From the IMG/VR virus record IMGVR_UViG_3300022413_000001, positions 1 to 58,954 of that record: a stretch of DNA of 58,954 nt. One strand, 5' to 3'. Position 1 is the first letter of the stretch, and the number at the start of each line of letters is the position of its first letter. The notes beneath the pieces were generated by a model. It ran no database searches, was not told the DNA's origin, and saw only the letters and a program-made list of their open reading frames with translations. Positions 36,621 to 44,976 of this stretch are shown here, piece after piece. The DNA is from a virus (lineage: Duplodnaviria; Caudoviricetes). The position numbers were made by a program, and so were the translations under genes.

Positions 36621-38252
36621 TTAGAAATCATCATCGGTCTGGTCCTGCCAGGGCTCTCCATCCGAGAATTGACCTTCGATTTCCTCCGGGAATTTCTCAG
36701 CAGGCCGATGCGGTTCGCGTTCATTTTTCGCTAAGATTTCGGCATGCTTTGCACCAAGCGTCGTGAGCAGAATCCCTTTGCGGTTTATGAGAAGCAAGCC
36801 CTTCCCTTCCATGCGTTTTAGGTCGCGGTAGAAATTTGACTTGTCCATCTCAGGTTTTACTGTTTCACGAAGCTCCGTTTGCGTCGGATTATGTCCTGAC
36901 CACGTATACAACCCCAAAAGCACCACATGCTCAAAGTCACTCCGTATGACCTCATCAATCTCACCCAGCGCCTTCCAGTCGAGATGCCCGGCGAGGTCGA
37001 TCCGCTTGAGTGCGCAATCCCATGTGGGGATGTCCTTGCCTGTTATCCGAAGCGCAGCATCCGCAATCTCATCACTCTGGTTTCGGAGTACCCAAATCCC
37101 ACCCGCCCCTCCCGTAATGGCCGTGCTGTTCATGACTGTATCCACAACGTCCTCAGCCGCTGCATAATTTTTATTGAGATGCGTGACGAGGAGGATCTGA
37201 AGGTCGTGGGCATGCGCAAACTTGTTCAGTAATGCCATGTCCGCGTATTCCGTATCATAGAGGGTCCCCGACTTGCTCCGCCCATCCCCCTGGATATACC
37301 GTAAGACATCGATCACGATTAGCCTCGGTTCTTTGATCTCCTTTTTTGCAACCCATTCTTCGAGTTCCGTGACAAGCTGCCCGTCATCGAGAGTTGGCGC
37401 TGCGTAGTCGAAATATAATCGGCTCGGGAGAGAATCCACTTGAACTGCAAGCGCCTGCACACGGCTCCACATCCGGCTTGCATCATCTTCCAACGCCAGA
37501 TACAAAACATCGCCTGGGGTGGATATCTCAAATTGAGACGCGAATACGCCTCCCCCCGCGATAGCTAATGCCAGATTCAGCGCCAGATAGGATTTTCCCA
37601 TCTTGGGTCTGCCCGCAAGCACCGTGACACCGGATAGCGCCAAAACCTTCTCATGCTGATATGCTTTTTTTGGAGGAGGGTTTTTGAGGTAATGCGTGAC
37701 AGGCATGCTGCGGCTGGCAATGGTCCCTTCCTTTGCCCGCAGCACAGAAACAACGCTTTTCCGTATCTCCTCGACGGCTGACCTGGAATATCTCGCTTTA
37801 TGAAAAAATTCATCGACGACGACTCGGTATTGCCGGTAGCCAGGCTCCGCAAAGGCAGCCAGCCGCTCAGCCACTTCTGGGGCCACCCAATCATGGCCGG
37901 GTGGCTTTTTGAGTCCCAGCAGCCTCTCAATGCCGGCAGGGGCAAGCTTGGGTGTCAGGATCTCAGCCAAGGATTTCTGCTCTGCTAGATCCGCATACAT
38001 CTCGTCAGCTATTTGCTGGCTGGGCTTTTGCTCCACTGGAATGTTCTGGAATGGGGCAGAATTGAGACCAAGCCGTGCCCGTATGTCGCGAATCTCACAC
38101 CCGCCAAAACAGTGGACCCTTATTCCTCCATCTTCCTCCCATATATGGAGAGAGGTTTGGGATTTCCCTTGATGTACCGGGCAACGCGCCCGGTACCCAT
38201 CCTTGACCTGTTGTGCACCTTCCAATTGTTGGGCAACATCAGCAAGCGTCAT
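36621..38252 (-). CDS. Primase-type Zn finger + RepA/AAA_25 replicative helicase + C-terminal wHTH
   Basis: ARCPVH...SL...HCFGGC; GRPKMGKS; YLALED; LIVID; LVTH.NK. Confidence 0.85.
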   Translation of the reverse strand: MTLADVAQQLEGAQQVKDGYRARCPVHQGKSQTSLHIWEEDGGIRVHCFGGCEIRDIRARLGLNSAPFQNIPVEQKPSQQIADEMYADLAEQKSLAEILTPKLAPAGIERLLGLKKPPGHDWVAPEVAERLAAFAEPGYRQYRVVVDEFFHKARYSRSAVEEIRKSVVSVLRAKEGTIASRSMPVTHYLKNPPPKKAYQHEKVLALSGVTVLAGRPKMGKSYLALNLALAIAGGGVFASQFEISTPGDVLYLALEDDASRMWSRVQALAVQVDSLPSRLYFDYAAPTLDDGQLVTELEEWVAKKEIKEPRLIVIDVLRYIQGDGRSKSGTLYDTEYADMALLNKFAHAHDLQILLVTHLNKNYAAAEDVVDTVMNSTAITGGAGGIWVLRNQSDEIADAALRITGKDIPTWDCALKRIDLAGHLDWKALGEIDEVIRSDFEHVVLLGLYTWSGHNPTQTELRETVKPEMDKSNFYRDLKRMEGKGLLLINRKGILLTTLGAKHAEILAKNEREPHRPAEKFPEEIEGQFSDGEPWQDQTDDDF

Positions 38253-38509
38253 GTGCTGTCCTCTTCAGGCCATGTAGACAAAAATGGAACCTCTCCCATG
38301 AGGTGAGCCGTCGTCACTCCCAGTGCACTCGCGATTCGGCCAAGCGTGACGGGAGTGGGTTGATGGACACCGTTCTCAATTTGGCTGATCTGAGGCGGAG
38401 AGAGAGACACTCTTTCGGCTAAGTCTCGCTGGCTTAATCCCTGGTAGGTCCTGTACTTACGGATAATCTCACCGTAGTAGACACCTCTTAATTGCACTGC
38501 TGTCTCCAT
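38249..38509 (-). CDS. XRE-family HTH regulator
   Basis: GLSQRDLAERV...ISQIENG..P...L.RIA.ALGV. Confidence 0.9.
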   Translation of the reverse strand: METAVQLRGVYYGEIIRKYRTYQGLSQRDLAERVSLSPPQISQIENGVHQPTPVTLGRIASALGVTTAHLMGEVPFLSTWPEEDST

Positions 38510-38584
38510 GCGTTCTCCTTACTTTAGTTAAATATGTTATATTATTACTTAGCAATACTTATCTGTCAACCAAAAAAAACGCCC

Positions 38585-38712
38585 TTGCATTCAGGCGCCA
38601 TTGTGGTAATCTGGTCCTGTCCGCAGGGGACCATAGGTGTTTCCTGTTCGTTTCTTAGCCACCCGCGCAGTGCGGAGTTTGCCCCTCCCCTGCATGGGTG
38701 GCTTTGTTTTTT
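38585..38712 (+). ncRNA. Candidate small RNA with its own promoter and terminator
   Basis: TTGCAT-16-TAATCT with extended TG; hairpin TGGTCC..GGACCA; terminator stem AGCCACC/GGTGGCT followed by a T tract; no plausible ORF. Confidence 0.45.
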
Positions 38713-38749
38713 GCGTGGAGTAGGTTGAACGGGAACAGGAAGGAGTAGG

Positions 38750-38992
38750 TCACTTATCCCAAATCGCCAGTCGCCAAGTATCACTGCCTTCTTCAGATAT
38801 GAAGTGCCTTTTTTCTTGGAGAATTCTTCTAACATATAGTCTGCCGAATCCAAAATATGTCCTCTTTAATGCAAAATAAATCTCATCAAGTGTCATTGGA
38901 TGCCCATTTTGTTTGAGAATTTGATATATCCTATGGGGGATACATCCCCGATAAAGGCTTTCTTCTGTGATGCTAGGATCAAACTTTTTCAT
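38750..38992 (-). CDS. Small winged-helix-like protein
   Basis: IYQILK..GHPMTLDEIY...W.L; AGGAGG RBS. Confidence 0.55.
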   Translation of the reverse strand: MKKFDPSITEESLYRGCIPHRIYQILKQNGHPMTLDEIYFALKRTYFGFGRLYVRRILQEKRHFISEEGSDTWRLAIWDK

Positions 38993-39115
38993 TGTGAAAC
39001 TCCTCCTTGAAAATTGAGACGATACGGAGTAGGATTGCGAAGATGGACCGTAAGGAGTGAGGGAGTGCCTGCCCGTGTTGCATACCCACGGGCAGGCTGA
39101 GGCTTTACCTACCAG

Positions 39116-39571
39116 TCATCCCCAGATCGTAAATTTTGCGTCCGGATACTGCCGGCATGCGTGAAGTGTCTTTTCGACAAACCTGACTAACCCCTCGTAG
39201 TCACCCAATCCATTCGCCGGATTGAATGTTCTAAAGTAATCGGGGTCCGATTTGAGCTTCCCGATCCCTTCTGCGAGAAAAGGAATCAAATCTTTTGCAC
39301 ACTTAATGCCAAGGTCTTCCGGACTCCAAAGGGCCTGATAGAGTCCTACTTTCTTTGCCATCTCCCCCAAATTGTGGGTAATATTTGCAGAGAAGACACA
39401 ATGGTTTTCCTCACTCCCCCTGCCCTTCACCACGTAGGGCTCACGACTGGGGAAACGCCTATCCCACTCTTCTCGTGTGATCTCGATGGTTCTGCCGTTT
39501 TCGTGTATAAAAACGCCGTTTTTATTTTTCTGAACCTCTTTTTCATGCGTTAAATAAATATCTAGCTGCAT
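39116..39571 (-). CDS. Conserved phage hypothetical protein
   Basis: ANITHNL..MA ... FNP.NG.G.YEGL motif. Confidence 0.6.
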   Translation of the reverse strand: MQLDIYLTHEKEVQKNKNGVFIHENGRTIEITREEWDRRFPSREPYVVKGRGSEENHCVFSANITHNLGEMAKKVGLYQALWSPEDLGIKCAKDLIPFLAEGIGKLKSDPDYFRTFNPANGLGDYEGLVRFVEKTLHACRQYPDAKFTIWG

Positions 39572-39912
39572 TTTCGCTCCTCCTCTTCGGCGTATGGCGC
39601 GACAAAGCTGAGCAATTCCTGCTTTGAGATAGGCCCCTCATGCCCAAAATCGTGCAGATCAAAATCGCAGTAAAAATCGGATAGGCAGTCCCCCAAATCA
39701 AAGTAGTCAGAACGACTTCGGAGCGCGTGACCCTGAATTAAATAGCACTCATTACGCTTGCTCTGCGCCTGAAAATATTTGGCCAGAGGGCAATGAAACA
39801 CAGTAGACTGGAAAGCAATAAAATCATCGGGTTGAGCTTCCAGCCAATCATAGAGTTTGCGAAAATGGAAATTCCCGACAAGAGTTTCCATTTCCCGTTG
39901 AATGTCAGTCAT
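39562..39912 (-). CDS. Hypothetical protein
   Basis: CPLA.Y motif; coupled ORF. Confidence 0.5.
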   Translation of the reverse strand: MTDIQREMETLVGNFHFRKLYDWLEAQPDDFIAFQSTVFHCPLAKYFQAQSKRNECYLIQGHALRSRSDYFDLGDCLSDFYCDFDLHDFGHEGPISKQELLSFVAPYAEEEERKCS

Positions 39913-41017
39913 GTTTGCCCTCCTCTACTCTTGGCTTTTGGTGCACGGCAAAATCCTCTACGGCTTCTGACACCATCACTAATATTTTTGGCTCCCGAAT
40001 GTCCTGTAGCGGCGTTGAACCGCCTCCGCATCCCTCCACGATCTTAGCCACCTGCTTCTGCGTCATCTTCAGCTCGCGGACTCTCTCCACGAGTTGCCCG
40101 CAAAATGCCTCGTGGCACTCTTCGTCTGTAAGCTGCACCTCACTCGCCTCGGGCTCTGCGGCGGAGAGGGCTGATTGAGATTCTAGCGCCTCGCCTACCT
40201 CGATGAGTTCTCCAACCAGTTCCCTGCCACGTGTCAGTGTTTCGGTGCGGTCCCCAAACAGATCAGCAACAGCCTGGTTGTAGGCGTCTTCTGAGCCGGC
40301 TGAATTGACGTAGTCAAATTCCTGTGATGACTCCTCGGACGCAAGTGCATCGCGGGCAATCAGATTGATTAACCCCCGGTGCTGGTTCGCAAATGACTGT
40401 AGGGCAGACTTTTTGCACATTTGCGATCTGTGGTCATTCCATGGCCCTGTTACCCCACCGTTGCGGGCAGACCGTTGGTGGCGCTCCAAATCGTCCTGAT
40501 CGAGTACCTGTACCAGTCTCTCCCCATTATTGAGGATCACCATGCAGTAGGCCGCGACAATCTCGCCTCGCCTGGGGATGTTCGGAACGACATGCCGGTA
40601 CTCATCATTCATTCTATCTTGGTAAAATTCATCCTTCTCGCGGACCACATCGCAAACAATTTTTTTTATGCGAGGGGAGTCGGCGAGCAATCGATACCAA
40701 CCCTGGTACTCGACCATCTTGTTAATCAAATAACGATTTTGTTTGTTACTCTTGAAAACGACCAGGCTTACTTCCGTGCCTGGTTCGAGCCCAAGCGATA
40801 CGATATCAATGAGAATCGAGGCGACCTCAACGGGGTCACATTCCTCGATATGCTCAGTGTTCCGCATCACTAATTGGAGACGAGTCAGAAATTTCTGAGG
40901 ATCCAAGGACGGTGGTGCCAGGTCCGGGATAAAAGGGATGATCGTCTCGACAGCATCCGAGACTGTCTGGGGGACATGTGATGTCCACTTTGCAAGTGCG
41001 GTGGTTTGCTCACTCAT
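39905..41017 (-). CDS. recT: RecT/Redbeta-family ssDNA annealing protein
   Basis: LGLEPG, YQG...L, V.E.DEF, G....AY and PW....M..KS motifs. Confidence 0.8.
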   Translation of the reverse strand: MSEQTTALAKWTSHVPQTVSDAVETIIPFIPDLAPPSLDPQKFLTRLQLVMRNTEHIEECDPVEVASILIDIVSLGLEPGTEVSLVVFKSNKQNRYLINKMVEYQGWYRLLADSPRIKKIVCDVVREKDEFYQDRMNDEYRHVVPNIPRRGEIVAAYCMVILNNGERLVQVLDQDDLERHQRSARNGGVTGPWNDHRSQMCKKSALQSFANQHRGLINLIARDALASEESSQEFDYVNSAGSEDAYNQAVADLFGDRTETLTRGRELVGELIEVGEALESQSALSAAEPEASEVQLTDEECHEAFCGQLVERVRELKMTQKQVAKIVEGCGGGSTPLQDIREPKILVMVSEAVEDFAVHQKPRVEEGKHD

Positions 41018-41050
41018 GATGCATCTCCTGCGGTAGCGATTCTTTTTTTG

Positions 41051-41103
41051 TTGACACATATCAATCTTGTATGTATCATACACATATACAACTTGTGTGT
41101 CAA
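41051..41103. promoter_or_regulatory. Overlapping divergent sigma70 promoters sharing the -10 region
   Basis: Plus strand TTGACA-17-TATCAT; minus strand TTGACA-17-TATGAT. Confidence 0.75.
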
Positions 41104-41117
41104 GGGGAGAGAACGAC

Positions 41118-41330
41118 ATGTTTAGCGTCATTGTGGATGGCCTTCCAAGCGCAAGGGAGGAGTGGGGCAAGTCAGAAAACCGCTACCGTACCTTGCACCT
41201 CGATCCAGAAGCATTGCGTATTATCTCTGAATGGTGCAACGGGCGAAATCTTCAGATTTCACCGCAAGTGAACCAATTTCTGCGTGCGTTTGCGCGTAAA
41301 ATCACAGAAGAAAAAGGAGGCATGGAATGA
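41118..41330 (+). CDS. Small probable RHH-like regulator
   Basis: RTLHLD.EA...I...S..VN.FLR pattern. Confidence 0.45.
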   Translation: MFSVIVDGLPSAREEWGKSENRYRTLHLDPEALRIISEWCNGRNLQISPQVNQFLRAFARKITEEKGGME

Positions 41331-41803
41331 GTGACTTGGTGTCCCAAACGGCTCTGATCGTGGCCAGCCAGGCGTCCGCGCAAGAAATGGACGCAGGCGA
41401 TATTGTCGATTCCATCAGAGTGGTGCATGCTGCGTTGATGGCGTGCGAGACGGGGAGGGAAACCCAAGAGGCGTTCCTTGAGCGGTTGGGGGAGACGCCA
41501 ATGGCTTCCATTAAAAAGGATGAAATCATCTGCTTGGAGTGTGGACAGCCCTTTAAGCTTCTTGCCAATCGACACTTGGCGTTGCATGGGTTAACGCCGA
41601 GTCAGTACAAAGCAAAATGGCGCATGCGCAAGGGCACCCCCCTGAGTTGTATTGACCTGACAAAAAAACGGCGAGCCTATGCTAAAAAAGCCGAAATGGG
41701 ATGGGCATTGGAGCGCTATCGGAAGGTAAACGGGATCAAGGCAAAACCCAAGGCGGTGACGACGGCAGCCAAAAAGAAGCATGCCAAAAAGAAGCATGCC
41801 TAA
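41327..41803 (+). CDS. Ros/MucR-family zinc-finger regulator
   Basis: SI..D.IICLECG..FK.L..RHL..HGLTP..Y..KW motif; Lys-rich tail. Confidence 0.9.
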   Translation: MSDLVSQTALIVASQASAQEMDAGDIVDSIRVVHAALMACETGRETQEAFLERLGETPMASIKKDEIICLECGQPFKLLANRHLALHGLTPSQYKAKWRMRKGTPLSCIDLTKKRRAYAKKAEMGWALERYRKVNGIKAKPKAVTTAAKKKHAKKKHA

Positions 41804-41833
41804 AGGAGGCCGTCAAGCAGAAAGGATGTCACA

Positions 41834-41992
41834 ATGAAAACCTGGCCAATAATCAGGCATATCCGATATTTCATTTTGCAAGACAGGGTCTTCAGGCATG
41901 CACGCAAATGGTCTCTGCTTGGGCTGGGATTGGGCTACCCGAATCCATCTGACATCGAGCACCTCAACCGCATTTGGGAGGGGTTGGAATGA
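41834..41992 (+). CDS. Small hypothetical protein (not in the ORF track)
   Basis: MKTWPIIRHIRYF...; AAGGA RBS; ATGA-coupled to the next gene. Confidence 0.5.
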   Translation: MKTWPIIRHIRYFILQDRVFRHARKWSLLGLGLGYPNPSDIEHLNRIWEGLE

Positions 41993-42231
41993 GCAAATGG
42001 CGAAATTACAACAGCATAGAAATAGTTGAGATGCGCCCCTATCAGTTTGGTGAGAATATGGATGAAATCAGAGTCAATTGGGATTGCGATCATCCACCAA
42101 CTGACCTAGGGATGATCGCACGGAACCCAGAGAACCATAAAGAGCAGTGGTATATTCCGCGTGCACACTTTGAGACAAACTTTGTTCCAGCCAGAATCAT
42201 TCTCGATGCCGAGGAAAGCATCGGGCCGTGA
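41989..42231 (+). CDS. Conserved phage hypothetical protein
   Basis: EMRPY..GE ... MIARNP.NH..QW motif. Confidence 0.6.
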   Translation: MSKWRNYNSIEIVEMRPYQFGENMDEIRVNWDCDHPPTDLGMIARNPENHKEQWYIPRAHFETNFVPARIILDAEESIGP

Positions 42232-42334
42232 AAACACTCATCTGGATAGGGATTGGGGTAGTGGGTGTGTCGTGGGTCATTCTTACGCTCATGGCTGTCC
42301 TTTTAGATGGGCCATTGCCCATAGAGGGGTCAAA

Positions 42335-42547
42335 ATGAAACTCATTTCGAAAGAACGGCAGATGCTATTGTTGGATGAATATAATCGACTCGTTTCGGAA
42401 GAACGGCAGATGCTATTGTTGGATGAATACAATCGACTCGTTTCGGAAGAACGGCAGATGCTATTGTTGGATGAATACAATCGACTGGTGAGGTTGATCC
42501 CACAGCCCTGTAGGTGCTGTGGGTATAGAGTTTGTGTTGCGAAGTAG
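42335..42547 (+). CDS. Small protein built from three 16 aa repeats plus a Cys cluster
   Basis: 48 bp tandem repeat (units start at 42353, 42401, 42449) encoding ERQMLLLDEYNRLVSE. Confidence 0.5.
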   Translation: MKLISKERQMLLLDEYNRLVSEERQMLLLDEYNRLVSEERQMLLLDEYNRLVRLIPQPCRCCGYRVCVAK

Positions 42548-42627
42548 GCGTCAGACAGAGAGGGATAGATAATGGGTAACGCCCCACCCACAAAACGGGG
42601 CAACATGCTGACAATCAAAGGAGAGTT

Positions 42628-42831
42628 ATGCGACGATTTTTGGTTGTGATGATGATTTTATCTTTTTTGGCAATTGGTGCACACCTGATGACGGCGCCAT
42701 ACCTCTCGCCACCTGACGTAGCGGCGTGGGGTTCTGCCGGAGATGATGGTGATGAGATGGGCGACGGCGGCGACGATAGTGATGGAGATGATGGCGGTGA
42801 CGATGGGGGCGGTGATGACGGAGAGGACTAG
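42628..42831 (+). CDS. Secreted/anchored Asp-Gly-rich peptide
   Basis: Signal-like N-terminus, D/G low-complexity tail, AAGGAG RBS. Confidence 0.55.
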   Translation: MRRFLVVMMILSFLAIGAHLMTAPYLSPPDVAAWGSAGDDGDEMGDGGDDSDGDDGGDDGGGDDGED

Positions 42832-42988
42832 TCTCTAGGCAAAGGATAGGGCAGTAAGGAAAGGAGGTGAGCACCATGCAAACGCCATGAGGAAACTCAT
42901 GGATCGCCGAATCAAGGGGAAATGAGTGAGGAAGGGTGTCTGCCCACGGATACCCTTCTGCGAATGAAGTAAATGAGGATACCTTGAA

Positions 42989-44614
42989 GTGAAAACCATC
43001 ATTTTTGCTATAATCGTGCTACTCGGTGCGCTTGGCAGCCAATCACTCCCGGTGATGGCTTCCGTTCTGCATGTCTCGCTAACGGGCACTGGCGTGGCAT
43101 GTACATCCGAAGAGCCTTGCACGGTCTCCGCTGCCGTGCGCCAGGCGCGCCGGGGCGACGTAATCCTGTTCCCTCCTGGTGATTTCAAAACCCCATTCGA
43201 CACCCAACATCCAGGCGTGACCTTTGCGGGTGCGCCAAACTTCGGTACTCGCCTGCTCTGGTCAAGTGGCTCGACAGGCAAGCATATTATTGGCATCAAA
43301 CACGACGATACGGTCATCATGGGTCTTGTGGTGGACGGCGAAGGCCGAAGCAACTCGGGTCATGGACTTGTTCGGATTGGTAGTTCCGAAGGCGTACATA
43401 TCCTCGCGAATAAGGTCCTTAACAGTGGTGCTTCACTGATTAACGCAGGGGGTTCATGGAAGGATTCCACCATCCGAAACTTGAAGATTGAGGGAAATTA
43501 TCTCTGCCATTCTGGGCTCGATCGGGATTATGAATATGGTGAAGCGATTTACATCAGCGATTTCGAAAACACTGGCAAAACGAAAGGGGTGGAGATTTTC
43601 TTCAACGAGATTTGTCAATTTGCCGACAATGGTATTGATTTGAAGCCACCCTCTCAAGACGTTAATATTCACGACAACTATTTCCATGACCAGGTCAGGC
43701 GGCCTGGTAAAGAGGGTAATCAGGGGACTCTTGTCTTGCAGGGAAAGGGGCACCGTGTTGAGCGGAACTTGTTTTCGAACGTGGAGGGTGGATCGAGTAT
43801 TCTCAATGTGGCGACAAAAGCAAATATCCGCATCGAAAATAATGTGATCTCGAATGCCAGAGTGGATCTGAAGTTAGAGAAGCCAGCTATCATTCGGGAA
43901 CGGACGGTTGGGAGCGGAACAGATACGATTATAGAAAATAATATTTTCTGCGGCCTGAACTCGAAAAAGGTGGAGCAAAAGCCTGGCCTTGTGGTCCGAG
44001 ACAATCTGGGACTCGGTACGGAAGTGCCAAACTGTACAGCCCGCGCTGAACTGATCAGAGAGACAGTCAAACGCGGCATGGCAGAGGCCCGTGCCCGGGC
44101 GGTTGTACTACCCCAACCCCTGCCTGCTCTCAAAGCCCCTTGGGCGACGTGGGCAGAGCTCGGGGAGAACGTGGTTCGTGTATATATCCAGGCTGAGGGC
44201 GGTGAAAATCCCGAAATGCAACGGCGAACGTATAGAGAAGGATCAGTGAGGTTTGAGCTTGTTGACGGCTCGCCTGTGCCACTCGACCGGGAGAAGCGGG
44301 CGAAGGATGATCATTTGCCGGGTTGGGTCTTCTACCTCAGCCCGCCGTTTCCCAGGCAGCCCATCAAACTGATTGCAGAGGAAGGCTGGATTACAGGACT
44401 CCCCAAGATGGAGCTGATGCTGCCGTTTGCGGGTAAATTGCCTGAACCCGAACCTGTGCCAGAACCTGACCCGGAGCCTGAACCTCGTCCAGAGCCTGTC
44501 CCTGTGCCAGTTCCAGTGGAATTAGAGGGCGGGCAAACGGCCACGTGTACGGGGCGTGTGGACGTGGTCACGATGGAGAATGGGACTACCTTTGTGATGT
44601 GTTTGCCAAACTGA
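42989..44614 (+). CDS. Secreted right-handed beta-helix protein with a PE-rich linker
   Basis: Signal peptide; G.G..C....PC.V..A; Asn-ladder repeats; PEPEP linker. Confidence 0.75.
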   Translation: MKTIIFAIIVLLGALGSQSLPVMASVLHVSLTGTGVACTSEEPCTVSAAVRQARRGDVILFPPGDFKTPFDTQHPGVTFAGAPNFGTRLLWSSGSTGKHIIGIKHDDTVIMGLVVDGEGRSNSGHGLVRIGSSEGVHILANKVLNSGASLINAGGSWKDSTIRNLKIEGNYLCHSGLDRDYEYGEAIYISDFENTGKTKGVEIFFNEICQFADNGIDLKPPSQDVNIHDNYFHDQVRRPGKEGNQGTLVLQGKGHRVERNLFSNVEGGSSILNVATKANIRIENNVISNARVDLKLEKPAIIRERTVGSGTDTIIENNIFCGLNSKKVEQKPGLVVRDNLGLGTEVPNCTARAELIRETVKRGMAEARARAVVLPQPLPALKAPWATWAELGENVVRVYIQAEGGENPEMQRRTYREGSVRFELVDGSPVPLDREKRAKDDHLPGWVFYLSPPFPRQPIKLIAEEGWITGLPKMELMLPFAGKLPEPEPVPEPDPEPEPRPEPVPVPVPVELEGGQTATCTGRVDVVTMENGTTFVMCLPN

Positions 44615-44634
44615 CGAGAACAATCCACCCGATC

Positions 44635-44664
44635 TTGATTAATTTGCGGTTCCTGGCTTATACT
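44635..44664 (+). promoter_or_regulatory. Sigma70-like promoter upstream of the omega-RNA pair
   Basis: TTGATT-18-TATACT. Confidence 0.5.
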
Positions 44665-44704
44665 GACGGTAGGTTGTCCACCTTATCCACGTATCATGTC
44701 CCTT

Positions 44705-44806
44705 GCGGTGGCAACGCCGCCTACGGTCGGGCAGACCGAACGTCAAGCTTTCCCCAACCCACGCGGTTGGGTAAGAATCCCCTTCCTTCAGGGAGGGGAG
44801 TGTCAA
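44705..44806 (+). mobile_element. Orphan IS200/IS605 right end / TnpB omega-RNA-like unit 1
   Basis: CGGTCGG..GACCG hairpin; terminal GAATCCCCTTCCTTCAGGGAGGGGAGTGTCAA hairpin ending in TCAA. Confidence 0.7.
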
Positions 44807-44965
44807 CGCCTGCGGGCATACCGATCACGCCGATGTGAACGCGGCCCGCGTCATTCTCGCGGTCGGACTGACCGAGAGTCTAGTCCCCGTGCGCCAGCAG
44901 GGACTCGCCTGCGGACCCGAACGGTCTTCAGGAATCCCCGTCCTAAAGGACGGGGAGGATGTCAA
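44807..44965 (+). mobile_element. tnpB: tnpB 3' remnant plus omega-RNA-like unit 2 / right end
   Basis: Encodes ACGHTDHADVNAARVIL...GIPVLKDGEDVK (TnpB ZnF/RuvC-III tail); ends GGAATCCCCGTCCTAAAGGACGGGGAGGATGTCAA. Confidence 0.8.
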
Positions 44966-44976
44966 GGGAGCAGTAT

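Noticed and set aside
42345-42487. CRISPR mini-array
   Set aside because: Contiguous 48 bp in-frame tandem units with no spacers
44640-44965. Intact autonomous IS200/IS605 element
   Set aside because: No tnpA, only ~50 codons of tnpB, and no left-end hairpin recognised
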